A stretch of 64,000 bases of DNA, taken from IMG/VR virus record IMGVR_UViG_3300035670_000067, positions 32,001 to 96,000 of that record; one strand, 5' to 3'. Below are positions 51,123 through 61,993 of this stretch, piece by piece. The DNA comes from a virus. Under the pieces are notes generated by a model, which saw only the letters and a program-made list of their open reading frames with translations, ran no database searches and was not told the origin of the DNA. Each line of letters begins with the position of its first letter. The first letter of the stretch is position 1. The translations under genes and the position numbers were made by a program.

Positions 51123-51464
51123 TTCTTAGCTTCCTTGTGCATGACACGCACCTTCTTGGCGAAGAATAGAACAGTATCTGTTCCAACATAGACTTCTAGT
51201 AACTTCAATGCTTCCATGACGTTACCAGAATTTATGCTATCGCACATCTGTTCGTACGTGTCTTCTTGGATTGGAGGATAAGCATCGCATAACACCCTGA
51301 GTTCAGTTTTAATCCAGAACCCAAGTGTATGCTCTTTGAACGGCAACTTCACTGCTACCGAAGTAAGCTCAGCAATATGCCGTCTTCGCATGAATTGAGT
51401 AAGCATGTTGTATAAAATGATAATGCGGGGCGGTCCTTAGACCGCCCCGCATTTCTTATTCTGC

Positions 51465-52322
<858 letters not shown>

Positions 52323-52441
52323 AGTGAGTTACCCTTTTATTGAACGTTATGTGAGGCGCTTGCCTTACATGGTGCTATTATACCACCGTCTTGTTTTCTT
52401 GCAACCGGCCGGACAATGTTTTTGTTATCAATGCCTCCTTA

Positions 52442-53041
52442 TTATCCGATCAACCAACCCTGAGATTCAGTTGTTCCATACTCACTGATATGGTGAGCGT
52501 GTTCAGTCACGAATCTATCAAAGGCGGGTTTCGGACTATCATATGGGGTTCTGCCGAATATATTCAGATTCAGTCCATAATCATCAACTATCATAACTCC
52601 GCCTTCCTTCAGAATTTGGAATCCAATAGTCATATCAACATAGGCGTCCATACAATTGTGATTCCCATCAACGTATATCACATCGAATTCATCATTGTGC
52701 CCATAAGCATGAAGCAAATATGTCAACGAATCACAAACCAAGAGTTGGAATTTGTTGCCTAACGGTTCAAGATTTGCTTTCGCAGTCTCTTTGATGATGT
52801 CACGTTTAGCCATCAAATCCGAGCTTCCGAAAATATACGGGTCAACACCAATCCCACGAGCACTATCTGCTGTGAAAATATTGTTCATCATCCAAATAGC
52901 AGAACGACCCTCGAAAACGCCGATTTCTAGATATCGAACTTTCTCTTTACCGACAAATTGCTTGAGCAATTTGCTCCACAATTTTGTCTTTTTATGAACC
53001 CAATTGCGTGAAAAATGCGGTTCATGCTTTGGAGTTTCCAT
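52442..53041 (-). CDS. Class I SAM-dependent methyltransferase (Methyltransf_24-like)
   Basis: YLEIGVFEGRS, GVDP, FDVIYVDGNH, LKEGGVMIVDDY. Confidence 0.88.
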   Translation of the reverse strand: METPKHEPHFSRNWVHKKTKLWSKLLKQFVGKEKVRYLEIGVFEGRSAIWMMNNIFTADSARGIGVDPYIFGSSDLMAKRDIIKETAKANLEPLGNKFQLLVCDSLTYLLHAYGHNDEFDVIYVDGNHNCMDAYVDMTIGFQILKEGGVMIVDDYGLNLNIFGRTPYDSPKPAFDRFVTEHAHHISEYGTTESQGWLIG

Positions 53042-53396
53042 TATAGTCCTTTCTCTTATACCTATATTCGGACACTACTGGTCCCAGCCATTTCAATAAC
53101 TCACGGAATGACGGGAACTGTTTGAATTTATTGTTTCCGCGTCCTTTGTTCAGTACACCTTGTGTCGCACCAATTGATGTATCGTGTGGAGCAATACACC
53201 TTCTTATCGCGCCAGAAGAAGCGATAACATAATACACACGAGCCTTATATTCATTGCCCTTATATTTCCGTTTTGCAGTTACTCGATTATCCAATAGATG
53301 AATTGATTTACTTCTTATACTGGATAACTCGAGATTATACCTGAAACAGAAAGCAAAAAGTTCGCTACGCTCTAAGAGATTCTGCAAATTTATCAT
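53022..53396 (-). CDS. Hypothetical basic protein
   Basis: Overlapping operon ORF. Confidence 0.5.
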   Translation of the reverse strand: MINLQNLLERSELFAFCFRYNLELSSIRSKSIHLLDNRVTAKRKYKGNEYKARVYYVIASSGAIRRCIAPHDTSIGATQGVLNKGRGNNKFKQFPSFRELLKWLGPVVSEYRYKRKDYNGNSKA

Positions 53397-53700
53397 GTCG
53401 TTCTTCCCATCCGATTTCGTTGTACCTTATTTCTTTTTCTGCATGAGCTTTGATTTCTTCGAACGTTCGATACTTTTCCATCCAAGCGTATTGTTTTATC
53501 GCTTCTGCGGCAGCGTTCTTTAGAGCATTAAGAGTTCCATCCTTACATATCATGTAGATGTGATGATAGTTGTCATCACCACGGCAATAGAATGTCGCAT
53601 CCCAGCCCGGAGCTGAAAGCATTGCTTCGCGCAATTTTTGGAAATCTTCTTCGGTCCAGTTGAGAATCTGTTTACAGATGGTGAGCGGATGAGCGGCCAT
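53365..53700 (-). CDS. Hypothetical protein
   Basis: AGGAGG RBS. Confidence 0.55.
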   Translation of the reverse strand: MAAHPLTICKQILNWTEEDFQKLREAMLSAPGWDATFYCRGDDNYHHIYMICKDGTLNALKNAAAEAIKQYAWMEKYRTFEEIKAHAEKEIRYNEIGWEERHDKFAESLRA

Positions 53701-53912
53701 ATTACCTCCTACTTATAAATGGAACTATTTTAGTTGGCGAATTCGCAAGATATCCAAATCCATTTATCAGAAACGCATGTTTATCGGCAGTGATCATTTG
53801 CCCGCTTCCCCATAAATTGAAATCTAATGCCGGAATGATGTACTTCTGTGCCTTAGCAGTCTCAATCCTTTCCATTGGAAAACACGATGTATGAGTAATG
53901 TATTTTTCCATT

Positions 53913-54623
53913 TTACTTGGACTTACCCTTCCGACTTTCCTTTGATTTGCCGGTAATCGTACCGATTACGATCTTCTTGTTCACAATAATTGCACTCCTA
54001 CAGATATGAGCAAATCCTCCAATGACAGATTTGCCACAAACCTTAGAATCACCACTGACTATGGCGTCATGTTCGATTATCGCATTTTCAAGCACACGCG
54101 CTCTTCCAGAAATAATGGCACGGTCTCGAATTGTTACATCGCCATAGACATTAGTACATCCATTAACATAAGCGTATCCGCAAACATTTGCTCTGTCACC
54201 AACGAAAGCTGTATCGTAGATTTTGGCGCGTCCGTACACTCTTGCATCACCGCCGACACTTCCCTGTCCATAGATCATAGCATATTCGAAAACACAAGCA
54301 TTACCAAACACCTGAGCGTCACCAAACACCTGAGCGTCACCGTACACCTGAGCGTCACCGTACACCTGAGCGTCGCCGTAGGCCAGAGCGTTACCGGAGA
54401 CCCAAACATCGCCGGAGACCCGAGCGTCATCGAAGACCCAAGCGTTCCCGGAGACCTGAGCGTTCCCGTAGACCCAAGCGTTTCCGTCTTTGCTAAGGTT
54501 TTGTTCCGATTCGATCCACCCACCGAGATCGCCAACTTTGACATCACCGAAACTCTTCACCGCACAGATGCGATGAAACTTTGGATTATCCGGGTGGGTT
54601 TCGGCAATGATTTCGTACTTCAT
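53913..54623 (-). CDS. Hexapeptide-repeat protein, copy 6
   Basis: Same N-domain, longest repeat region; own promoter 54657. Confidence 0.85.
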   Translation of the reverse strand: MKYEIIAETHPDNPKFHRICAVKSFGDVKVGDLGGWIESEQNLSKDGNAWVYGNAQVSGNAWVFDDARVSGDVWVSGNALAYGDAQVYGDAQVYGDAQVFGDAQVFGNACVFEYAMIYGQGSVGGDARVYGRAKIYDTAFVGDRANVCGYAYVNGCTNVYGDVTIRDRAIISGRARVLENAIIEHDAIVSGDSKVCGKSVIGGFAHICRSAIIVNKKIVIGTITGKSKESRKGKSK

Positions 54624-54868
54624 ACTTGCTGCCTTTCATAGTTGGTACCTACCATTATTGTACCCTTCTTATAGCATCATGCAAACGCCCAGATAAAATA
54701 AGCACCAATCTCATTCTAGTTACAAATCAGTAAAAAGAGGCTCGAACTTCCTCATTAACACCTTATTTCCACTATCATAGTCTTGGGCATCACCGTAGCA
54801 ATGTCTTAGTGAAAATGTAGAACTCTCGGCGCAACAAGGATACGTCCAGTCACCTGACGCTGAACCTC

Positions 54869-54956
54869 TGGCGGAGAGAGTGGGATTTGAACCCACGGTA
54901 CATCGCTGTACTCCAGTTTTCAAGACTGGCGCTTTCAACCGCTCAGCCATCTCTCC
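54869..54956 (-). tRNA. tRNA-Ser(UGA)
   Basis: CCAGT-CT-TGA-AA-ACTGG, long variable arm, GCCA end. Confidence 0.95.
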
Positions 54957-55183
54957 GTAATCCTTTACTTATCGTTCCACTTGAATGTTGGCTGATTCAT
55001 TGTTTCGTTTTCATACACGACATAACTTGCGTATCCTCTCAACACAGCTTCTCTTCTCGTCTTTTGTAACAAACTATCGAATCTAAACATCAAAACCACT
55101 ATAAACGAAAACGCCACAGCTATCGGAACAAGCATGAACCACAATAGAGAATTTTCGCTTTTCATTTTTTGCTCCTTTGTGAG

Positions 55184-55260
55184 TGGCGTCCCCAGCAGGA
55201 CTTGAACCTGCGACCCGCAGATTAGAAATCTGCTGCTCTATCCAGCTGAGCTATGGGGAC
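55184..55260 (-). tRNA. tRNA-Arg(UCU)
   Basis: GCAGA-TT-TCT-AA-TCTGC, GCCA end. Confidence 0.93.
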
Positions 55261-55604
55261 GCTATTGAATACCAGTGAATTCTACATATAACATTACGGT
55301 CGTGCCATCTACTCCCTTATCTCATGCCAAATGAAATTCCCACAAGTAAGGCGTGGAGCATTACAGGTCACTTTCTCCTCGACAAAGAATGCACACCCAC
55401 GACAGTCTCCCATGATATCTCTTTTCATACGATCTTCTACTGCTCGATATTTCTTTCCATCTAAGACGATAATTTCACCCAGAGAACGTTGGACTTTGCT
55501 CTCTGCCAACTGACGTGGACCTAAATCATCCCAAGACATAGATACTTACTCCTTATTCCAACTTAGTGGAGGTCATACATTCTCTACTACGAAGTTTTAC
55601 TTCA

Positions 55605-55946
55605 TTACAACCCCCATTCTAGAAGAGCGTGTTCGACACTATTCTGCCGGCGCACACCACGATGCTCCCATACGCTACTCTTACGGAATTTGATTTTGCT
55701 GTGAGGTCTTGTGAAGCCAACCCCATTCGCCTTACAGCGGATATGCTTAATCCGTGGCAGGTTTGCTGGCTTCAGTTCATGAGCACAAGTTTCACACTGT
55801 TCGAAGATATTCGAGTTCGTTTTGAATATCTTGCCCTCCACCTTCACCTGATGAACCAGAAGTTGTTCGACAAACCCGCGATGCAGCTCAACCAGTGAAC
55901 CGTTTGGCATTTCAGCCCAAACTCTTACGTACTGGCCTAGACGCAT
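55605..55946 (-). CDS. Early hypothetical protein, paralogue of 36313-36633
   Basis: Shared C-terminal motif; promoter 55975, AAGGAG RBS. Confidence 0.7.
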   Translation of the reverse strand: MRLGQYVRVWAEMPNGSLVELHRGFVEQLLVHQVKVEGKIFKTNSNIFEQCETCAHELKPANLPRIKHIRCKANGVGFTRPHSKIKFRKSSVWEHRGVRRQNSVEHALLEWGL

Positions 55947-56033
55947 ATTATTCTCCTTTTGTGTTGGCGTGTTTATTATAGCACGCTACACACTTCTTAC
56001 AAAACGTACGAATGCTTTTGTTTTTCTGTTTTA

Positions 56034-56378
56034 TCAATATCCAGACATCGCCGCAAACTGGTCGTAGACCGAAGCCTTAATCCTTTTCCAATTGGGTATG
56101 AACACACTTCCATCACATTCACATGGTCTAGCTTTCAATTGATCAAATGAGCACTCCCATATAGAAGAATATGAAGTGTACCCATCGCAATCGCGTCCTT
56201 CGGTCAACATCATATTCAGAAGTCTCTCACCACCCGCATCATAAAAGAATTCATGTCCCTCTCCGTGAAACCCCTCTTCGGTCGGCGCTCTGTGGTAATG
56301 AACTATTCTTTCATCTGGCTTCAACGTTAGCTTTACCAGCCCACCATTCAGCCACGTCCAGAATCGTATGTTCTTCAT
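56034..56378 (-). CDS. Hypothetical protein
   Basis: TEEG...GRDCDG motif; structured 5' leader. Confidence 0.6.
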   Translation of the reverse strand: MKNIRFWTWLNGGLVKLTLKPDERIVHYHRAPTEEGFHGEGHEFFYDAGGERLLNMMLTEGRDCDGYTSYSSIWECSFDQLKARPCECDGSVFIPNWKRIKASVYDQFAAMSGY

Positions 56379-56597
56379 ATTTACTCCAAGTGGAAAGTAA
56401 AATCTCCCACGCTGGTCTGGCTCCAGCTATCCTGTTGGCAGCAGGACGCAACCACTGGGAGACTGGGAAGTCCCGCACACTTGGCGGGAAAGCTACTTGC
56501 GCCGCCATTATAATATGGCTTTAGAACACGTTTACAATGGCATAGAACACGTTTATTTAGTCTGGTAGGGTACTGGCACGTTAGACCAGTTGGAACA

Positions 56598-57161
56598 TTA
56601 TGCCGGGGTCTTGTAACCTTCCTTATCATAGTCCATAAGGATGTTGATCCCGAACGCTAATTGTTTGACTTTTCTCACAGGATCTCTATTATCTTGGAAG
56701 CAGAATAATTTGTGCCCCAGCAGGATTCTAATGCACTGACTCGTATTCCAATATTGTCTAACGAAATAGAACATGAAACAGTTATCGCACAGTATTAGAA
56801 CCGAACCACTATGTCCTTCTGGTTTATTAGCAGTTTTCGTATCTCCCATAATATACACGAGATTTCCAGGAAGTACACCAAGAACCTCATATCCATAAGT
56901 GTTGATCGGGTTGCGCCACAGCCATTGTATCTTACGCCATTTTCTGTTGTAATCCGGAACATCTCTTTTCCAAGCATTGCCGCCAGTGAGATCATCATTC
57001 AATGTCTCAAACCATCTAAAGAATTTGGGCAATCTGTTATTCTTCTCAAACTGTACTAAGATCACAACAAGCGGAAAGCTAACAATCAACAACGGAACAC
57101 AAGATAAGTATTTCAAGAACCACACGACTATCAATTTCAGCAACAGCATTGAATTTTTCAC
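56598..57161 (-). CDS. Phage membrane protein (WLWRNP family)
   Basis: N-terminal hydrophobic helices, LP..F.WF.T..D.L.G, WLWRNP. Confidence 0.6.
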   Translation of the reverse strand: MKNSMLLLKLIVVWFLKYLSCVPLLIVSFPLVVILVQFEKNNRLPKFFRWFETLNDDLTGGNAWKRDVPDYNRKWRKIQWLWRNPINTYGYEVLGVLPGNLVYIMGDTKTANKPEGHSGSVLILCDNCFMFYFVRQYWNTSQCIRILLGHKLFCFQDNRDPVRKVKQLAFGINILMDYDKEGYKTPA

Positions 57162-57181
57162 GCTACTCTCCTTAATAGAAA

Positions 57182-57208
57182 ACCCGGAGGGCTATTAGCC
57201 CTCCGGGT
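57182..57208 (-). terminator. Intrinsic terminator
   Basis: ACCCGGAGGGCTA/TAGCCCTCCGGGT plus T-run. Confidence 0.8.
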
Positions 57209-57236
57209 CCGGATGGGATGGGTGGGAGGGACCGGG

Positions 57237-57920
57237 TTAGGACTGTGAACTGGACGAAGACGAACTGAAGCTCTGTGAAGAATAAGTGCTGGACGAACTT
57301 GAAGAAACAGAGAGGCTTGAGCTCGATGAACTTGAGCTCGATGAACTTGAGCTTGATGAACTGTGTTCAGAACTGGAACTTGACGAACTGTCACCAGAAG
57401 TCGAAGAACTGGATGAACTGGACTGACTGGAGGCAGACTGGCTAGAAACCGAGGTTGAGCTCGAGCTTGAATAGCCACTAGGTTCGCGCGACGTCGAGCT
57501 CGAAGACGAACTTGACGAACTTGACGAACTTGACGACACTGATGCGGCGGTTGACGAACTTGACGATTCCGAAGTAACATCTGTGCCAAGCGAACTGATA
57601 GCGAGACGGCGAGGGCCACCCCATCTGCCAGCTTCCGACATCAGATAGACTTCAGCATACGAGGCCTGATCGACAGCAAAGGCTATGACGCCATTGTTGT
57701 CAATAGTCAGACCAGCGGTTTTCGCCGTCTGTGAAACGCCAGCGATAGCATTGCCAGTGGTCCGATCAACGCTCTTCAGATAAGTTGCTGACAGCAACCC
57801 AGAAGATCCGTGAAGTAACGCATTGGCGTAAGTATCGTAGACGTTAACGATCTTACCAACTGAACCGGCACCATCAGCTTCAGAATGCCCGCAGTTGAGG
57901 TATATCAGTTTGAATGCCAT
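57237..57920 (-). CDS. Probable virion/decoration protein with ~115-aa poly-Ser tail
   Basis: Paralogue of 57944 ORF plus Ser-rich C-terminus; GGAGG RBS; capsid-like codon usage. Confidence 0.65.
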   Translation of the reverse strand: MAFKLIYLNCGHSEADGAGSVGKIVNVYDTYANALLHGSSGLLSATYLKSVDRTTGNAIAGVSQTAKTAGLTIDNNGVIAFAVDQASYAEVYLMSEAGRWGGPRRLAISSLGTDVTSESSSSSTAASVSSSSSSSSSSSSSSTSREPSGYSSSSSTSVSSQSASSQSSSSSSSTSGDSSSSSSSEHSSSSSSSSSSSSSSSSLSVSSSSSSTYSSQSFSSSSSSSQS

Positions 57921-57943
57921 GAGGCATCCTCCTCACGTTCGAG

Positions 57944-58264
57944 TTACTGGACCACAACGCGGATCGGACCACTCTGGCGACCAGCGACTGAGATCAGGAA
58001 CACTTCGGTATATTCAGCATCGTCAACATAGAAGCGGATCAAGCCGTTATTGTCAATGGTGACACCAGTGGTTTTCGCAACCTGAGTGATAGCCGCACCC
58101 TGAGCGCCAGTGAGGACTGTGGCGGCGTAGATGGTGCAGAGACCATCTTCGCCATGCGTAAGAGCATTAGCATAAGTATTATAGACGTTCACAATTTTGC
58201 CGACCACTGAAGCGCCATCGGCTTCAAGATAATCACACTTCATATTTATCAGTTTGACAGCCAT
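57944..58264 (-). CDS. Probable virion/decoration protein
   Basis: EADGA..VGKIVNVY.TYANAL.HG and TIDNNG shared with 57237 ORF. Confidence 0.6.
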   Translation of the reverse strand: MAVKLINMKCDYLEADGASVVGKIVNVYNTYANALTHGEDGLCTIYAATVLTGAQGAAITQVAKTTGVTIDNNGLIRFYVDDAEYTEVFLISVAGRQSGPIRVVVQ

Positions 58265-58325
58265 TTGAATCTCCTGTACTTTTCAGTTAGTTGAACGACT
58301 TGCCTTATGGCAACTAACGAATAAA

Positions 58326-58769
58326 TCAATCCTTATCCAAAGACCATCGTATATCTACAACAGATTTTACACCATATTTCTTTGTCAGAGTATTCCGTCT
58401 TTTCAATGACACGGCACTATTTTTAGAAGCACACTTGCGCGAACAAAAGGCACCATATCCCTTATTGAATCCTCGAAATCTTTTTACTAACCCAGAACAC
58501 TCTACACATTGCGGATATTCAGTTATGTCGTGAATATACCTATATGCACGTTCACAAAATGGAAATTTGTCATTCTTGTTATATTCCATAATTGCACTAT
58601 ACAAATCTGGATGTTTGAATCTAATGACGTTATAAACATGTTGAGTTCCAAACCGAGCTATCAATTCTTGTAATAGGAGATCAATGATGGATTTATCAAT
58701 CATATATCGCCCTTTTGTTTCAACGGAAAGATCGGTGAATTGCTTGTCAGAATTCGATTTGGCTAACAC
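58326..58769 (-). CDS. Zn-finger protein resembling homing-endonuclease accessory domains
   Basis: CVEC, FCSRKC, KRRNT...KYGV. Confidence 0.55.
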   Translation of the reverse strand: MLAKSNSDKQFTDLSVETKGRYMIDKSIIDLLLQELIARFGTQHVYNVIRFKHPDLYSAIMEYNKNDKFPFCERAYRYIHDITEYPQCVECSGLVKRFRGFNKGYGAFCSRKCASKNSAVSLKRRNTLTKKYGVKSVVDIRWSLDKD

Positions 58770-59265
58770 GATTCAATTCTTAGGCCAATCGTTACGCGCC
58801 ATATTAGAAAACAACGAAGACTTCATAAACAATCATGAATCATTGGCTTACTATGTGAATAATGGCCCAGATGTGAAATTCTTATACAGATATTACAGAT
58901 TTGCTAGAAATCGTTGGCTTTCTCTTGGTGGTGAAAAGATAGATTGGCTTTCTGCGGAAGAGCGCGAATGTATTTGTCAACATCATGGTGGAGAAGTTTC
59001 TTGGACTCCAGAAATGGCAAACGTTCACAAATTTGCATTATTAGAACGTGATCACTTTTGGTATCAGAGATTCTTTGTAGAAGAACCGTTTGCTTGGCGC
59101 TATCGTAGGCTTAGAGACACTAGGTTGTTCATTAATGGTAATCCAACAACTCTTTCCACAGAGGAACTAGAAGAAAAGACCTATGAAATCTCTAGATCAG
59201 ATATTGAAACTTATACGAAAAGGCTCAAAGCAGAAGAAAAGCAGCGTAAGAAAAAAGAAGATTGA
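58684..59265 (+). CDS. Divergent pyrimidine-dimer glycosylase/MSMEG_6728-like protein
   Basis: P....S...L....L......Q.L.A...NH and H...LL.RD..WY pattern; start uncertain. Confidence 0.45.
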   Translation: MMDLSIIYRPFVSTERSVNCLSEFDLANTIQFLGQSLRAILENNEDFINNHESLAYYVNNGPDVKFLYRYYRFARNRWLSLGGEKIDWLSAEERECICQHHGGEVSWTPEMANVHKFALLERDHFWYQRFFVEEPFAWRYRRLRDTRLFINGNPTTLSTEELEEKTYEISRSDIETYTKRLKAEEKQRKKKED

Positions 59266-59593
59266 AAAGAATAAAGTAAACTATCCGTGGATAAAGCGTG
59301 AATATAGTTGTCGTGCTAAGGCGTATATGGCGTTCTTAGTAGACACGCACAATATCAGCGGAACATCTAGATCTACTAAGAAAGCGTTCAGGAAATTCGT
59401 ATACCCAAGATTAATTGAAAACTTTCCTGATTTGTTCCGTTTAGTTTCGGAATACTACAGATCCAGAAATCGCTCTATCACTGAAGAACATTTTATCGAA
59501 ATAGCGTATGCTAGGATGGTGAACATGTACAACGCCAACCTTACCGTCAAGCGTAAGGAACATCCTCTCAATTCTGGCAACAAATGTCTTAGA

Positions 59594-60622
59594 TTAGCTT
59601 ATCTTGGGCTCAAGAAAGATCTTTAGATCTAACTCATTTATCTTATTTACGATATTGAGCTGTTCGTCCAAAACGAGAAGAGTTATATGTCTATCGGCGA
59701 ACTCCACGCCTGGGATATATTCTGTGAACACTATTACATAGCGTCCATTTTGAGTTTTTGTAACATACGGATAAGAGCCGCAGACTTCTGATAATTGATA
59801 TATTTTGTCGTTCTTCTTCCTCGCTTCTTCACCAACGGCTCTTATAGATAACTGCTTTCGTGATATACAAGCGTTATACACAATCCACGGATCTTCACCA
59901 ACATTGAACAGACAAACACTTTCTGAATAATTCTTTATGAAATCAAACGGTTTATCGTTTGAACGAACTATTTCGTTTTTCCCAATATAACTGATTTCAG
60001 TATCTGGCACATCCCAGACTATACTGTTCCACATCGGTCTTAGTGTGAATAAAAGTCCTTGCTTGTGCTGGATTATGGTTGGCTGTATTGTTTTCACCTT
60101 ACTGGATCTAAGGATCAACTTCCTGGAAACTTCATAATGATCTTGATTCATCCAATTTGAGTTCGCTTCTAAAATAAATCCACACCCAAACCATTCGTCA
60201 TAAGCTGGAATATACGTAGTTTCTCCAATATGTATCGGCGGATTGCGAACACCCAAATAATTCAGACGATAATTTTCTATTGCCCCATCCGTATAAGTAT
60301 CGTTTTCACCTTCACCAAGATCATAGAATAACAGATCTGTATACCGCCATTTGTATCTTGGTGCATACGCCACCGCTTCATCTCTGAATATGTTACAGGC
60401 CAAAATCAAATGATTATTGTGAACAAATAAAATTGGATTCCCAGTACCGTAATTGAAGTGCCACAGGATTTCCATATTCTCCATGCTTGGCCATTCAATA
60501 CGTCCAACAACAACGTGCTGATCTTCTGCGCCTTCGGATGAACCGATATAAAACGCTACATACAGATATTCACCAAATTCGCAAACACTTGCGCTATGAG
60601 CACCCATCTCGATTTCGTTCAT
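59594..60622 (-). CDS. BNR-repeat sialidase-like beta-propeller
   Basis: AHSAS..E, G..EG..D, GNP.LF, RNPPI, IQPT, SYP motifs. Confidence 0.7.
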   Translation of the reverse strand: MNEIEMGAHSASVCEFGEYLYVAFYIGSSEGAEDQHVVVGRIEWPSMENMEILWHFNYGTGNPILFVHNNHLILACNIFRDEAVAYAPRYKWRYTDLLFYDLGEGENDTYTDGAIENYRLNYLGVRNPPIHIGETTYIPAYDEWFGCGFILEANSNWMNQDHYEVSRKLILRSSKVKTIQPTIIQHKQGLLFTLRPMWNSIVWDVPDTEISYIGKNEIVRSNDKPFDFIKNYSESVCLFNVGEDPWIVYNACISRKQLSIRAVGEEARKKNDKIYQLSEVCGSYPYVTKTQNGRYVIVFTEYIPGVEFADRHITLLVLDEQLNIVNKINELDLKIFLEPKIS

Positions 60623-61464
60623 TGTAGAAAAGACTCCGTTGCAGTTTTCATAAAATCACAATATTGATTGAGCCACCATGAGATATCCGTGACGTTTATT
60701 GGAATCTGCTTATAGAATAGATTGATGATTAGGTCGTCAAGCTGATTACTCCAACGTTTGAAGAGACCATTGCTTAGGGCTAACGTAGGCTTGCCACACA
60801 AATACGCTTCATAAAGTAACGTAGAATTTAAACCTATCACTTCATCACAAAATGAAATGGCTTCTCTAGACGTAATTGAATCTGCAACACGTATGCGAGG
60901 ATGAGATCTAACGTTATAACTAAGACATCTTGGGTGAGGTTTTACAAGTAGAAAGCTGCCTGGTCTAATTTCCAAAACATGTTCAACAAAAACGTTCATA
61001 TCTTTTATTTCGGAATCCCTCATTATCTGAACATCATCTTCTAGCTGTAATGGAACCAGAACATGATTGCTCTTTGTGTTAGAGATTCCTTTTCTATATT
61101 TATTCTTCAGTTGAGCCAATTCTTCATATTGTAATTGATTTGGGACAATGTCAAGCTTTTCCATTAAAGAAGACTTAGCACAAATGCCACTTCTATCTAT
61201 ATGATAATGTTTATCCTGTGGAAGCCAGCCAACTTCAAGAATAGCATGTGGAATCCTAGCTTCCACAATTCTATTCAGCATTCGCTCTGTTTGATAACTT
61301 GCCCCGTTCCATATAAAGGCAAACTGATATTTCTTAACATCTACACCATCTGGATTCACATCAACATTCCAATCAACCGTACCTCTCATTTGCATATATT
61401 CAAGAAATCTTGGCAACCAGACCGCTCCGTGCCTTTTGCATGGAGTGTAGACTAATATCTTCAT
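60619..61464 (-). CDS. KpsS/KpsC-like capsule-synthesis glycosyltransferase
   Basis: WNG, E.GWLPQ...D..GI.A.SSL, VPLQ...D.QI, VKPHP, NST..YEA...GKP. Confidence 0.8.
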   Translation of the reverse strand: MKILVYTPCKRHGAVWLPRFLEYMQMRGTVDWNVDVNPDGVDVKKYQFAFIWNGASYQTERMLNRIVEARIPHAILEVGWLPQDKHYHIDRSGICAKSSLMEKLDIVPNQLQYEELAQLKNKYRKGISNTKSNHVLVPLQLEDDVQIMRDSEIKDMNVFVEHVLEIRPGSFLLVKPHPRCLSYNVRSHPRIRVADSITSREAISFCDEVIGLNSTLLYEAYLCGKPTLALSNGLFKRWSNQLDDLIINLFYKQIPINVTDISWWLNQYCDFMKTATESFLQ

Positions 61465-61991
61465 TGTTCTCTCAACGCTATAAATGAAGTGTCTTGATCA
61501 TCATGCGTACATGATTGGATGTCCATAAAGATTCCTCTGTCCGCCAAGTGTTGAACCAACGCATGGAAAGCATCCGGCAATATCCGCCAACAGTCTATCG
61601 GATATCTGTGTATTCCTCTTTTATGGGGAACAGTGATAAACAGAATGCCACCGACATCAACAGTTCTGCACAAGGATTCAAACAATATCCATGGATATCT
61701 GCAATGCTCCAATGTTTGATGACACATGACAACATCGGCACAATCTATTCCGATATCATGCTTGTCCCATATGGCGTCTATGAAACGCTTATCCAAGACG
61801 ATATCAACACCCTTGCCAGCTTGGATATCTACACCGATATATTTGAATTTTTCAACTGGAAAAAGATCTCGCAAGTTGCCATTAACATCCAAACTTCCAA
61901 CTTCAACCACAGTTGACTTAACGTCAGAATTCCAATATTCTAGATATTTGCGAACAAAATCTTTAGTCCAATTTCTTATAGCGTCATGCAT
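61461..61991 (-). CDS. SAM-dependent methyltransferase
   Basis: EVGS.DVNG, GVDI..G.GVD, Q.LEH...PW, H.YP.DCWR. Confidence 0.85.
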   Translation of the reverse strand: MHDAIRNWTKDFVRKYLEYWNSDVKSTVVEVGSLDVNGNLRDLFPVEKFKYIGVDIQAGKGVDIVLDKRFIDAIWDKHDIGIDCADVVMCHQTLEHCRYPWILFESLCRTVDVGGILFITVPHKRGIHRYPIDCWRILPDAFHALVQHLADRGIFMDIQSCTHDDQDTSFIALREQ

Positions 61992-61993
61992 GG

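Noticed and set aside
56381-56629. 82-aa ORF over the structured leader
   Set aside because: Overlaps a promoter and perfect hairpins; non-coding interpretation preferred but not proven
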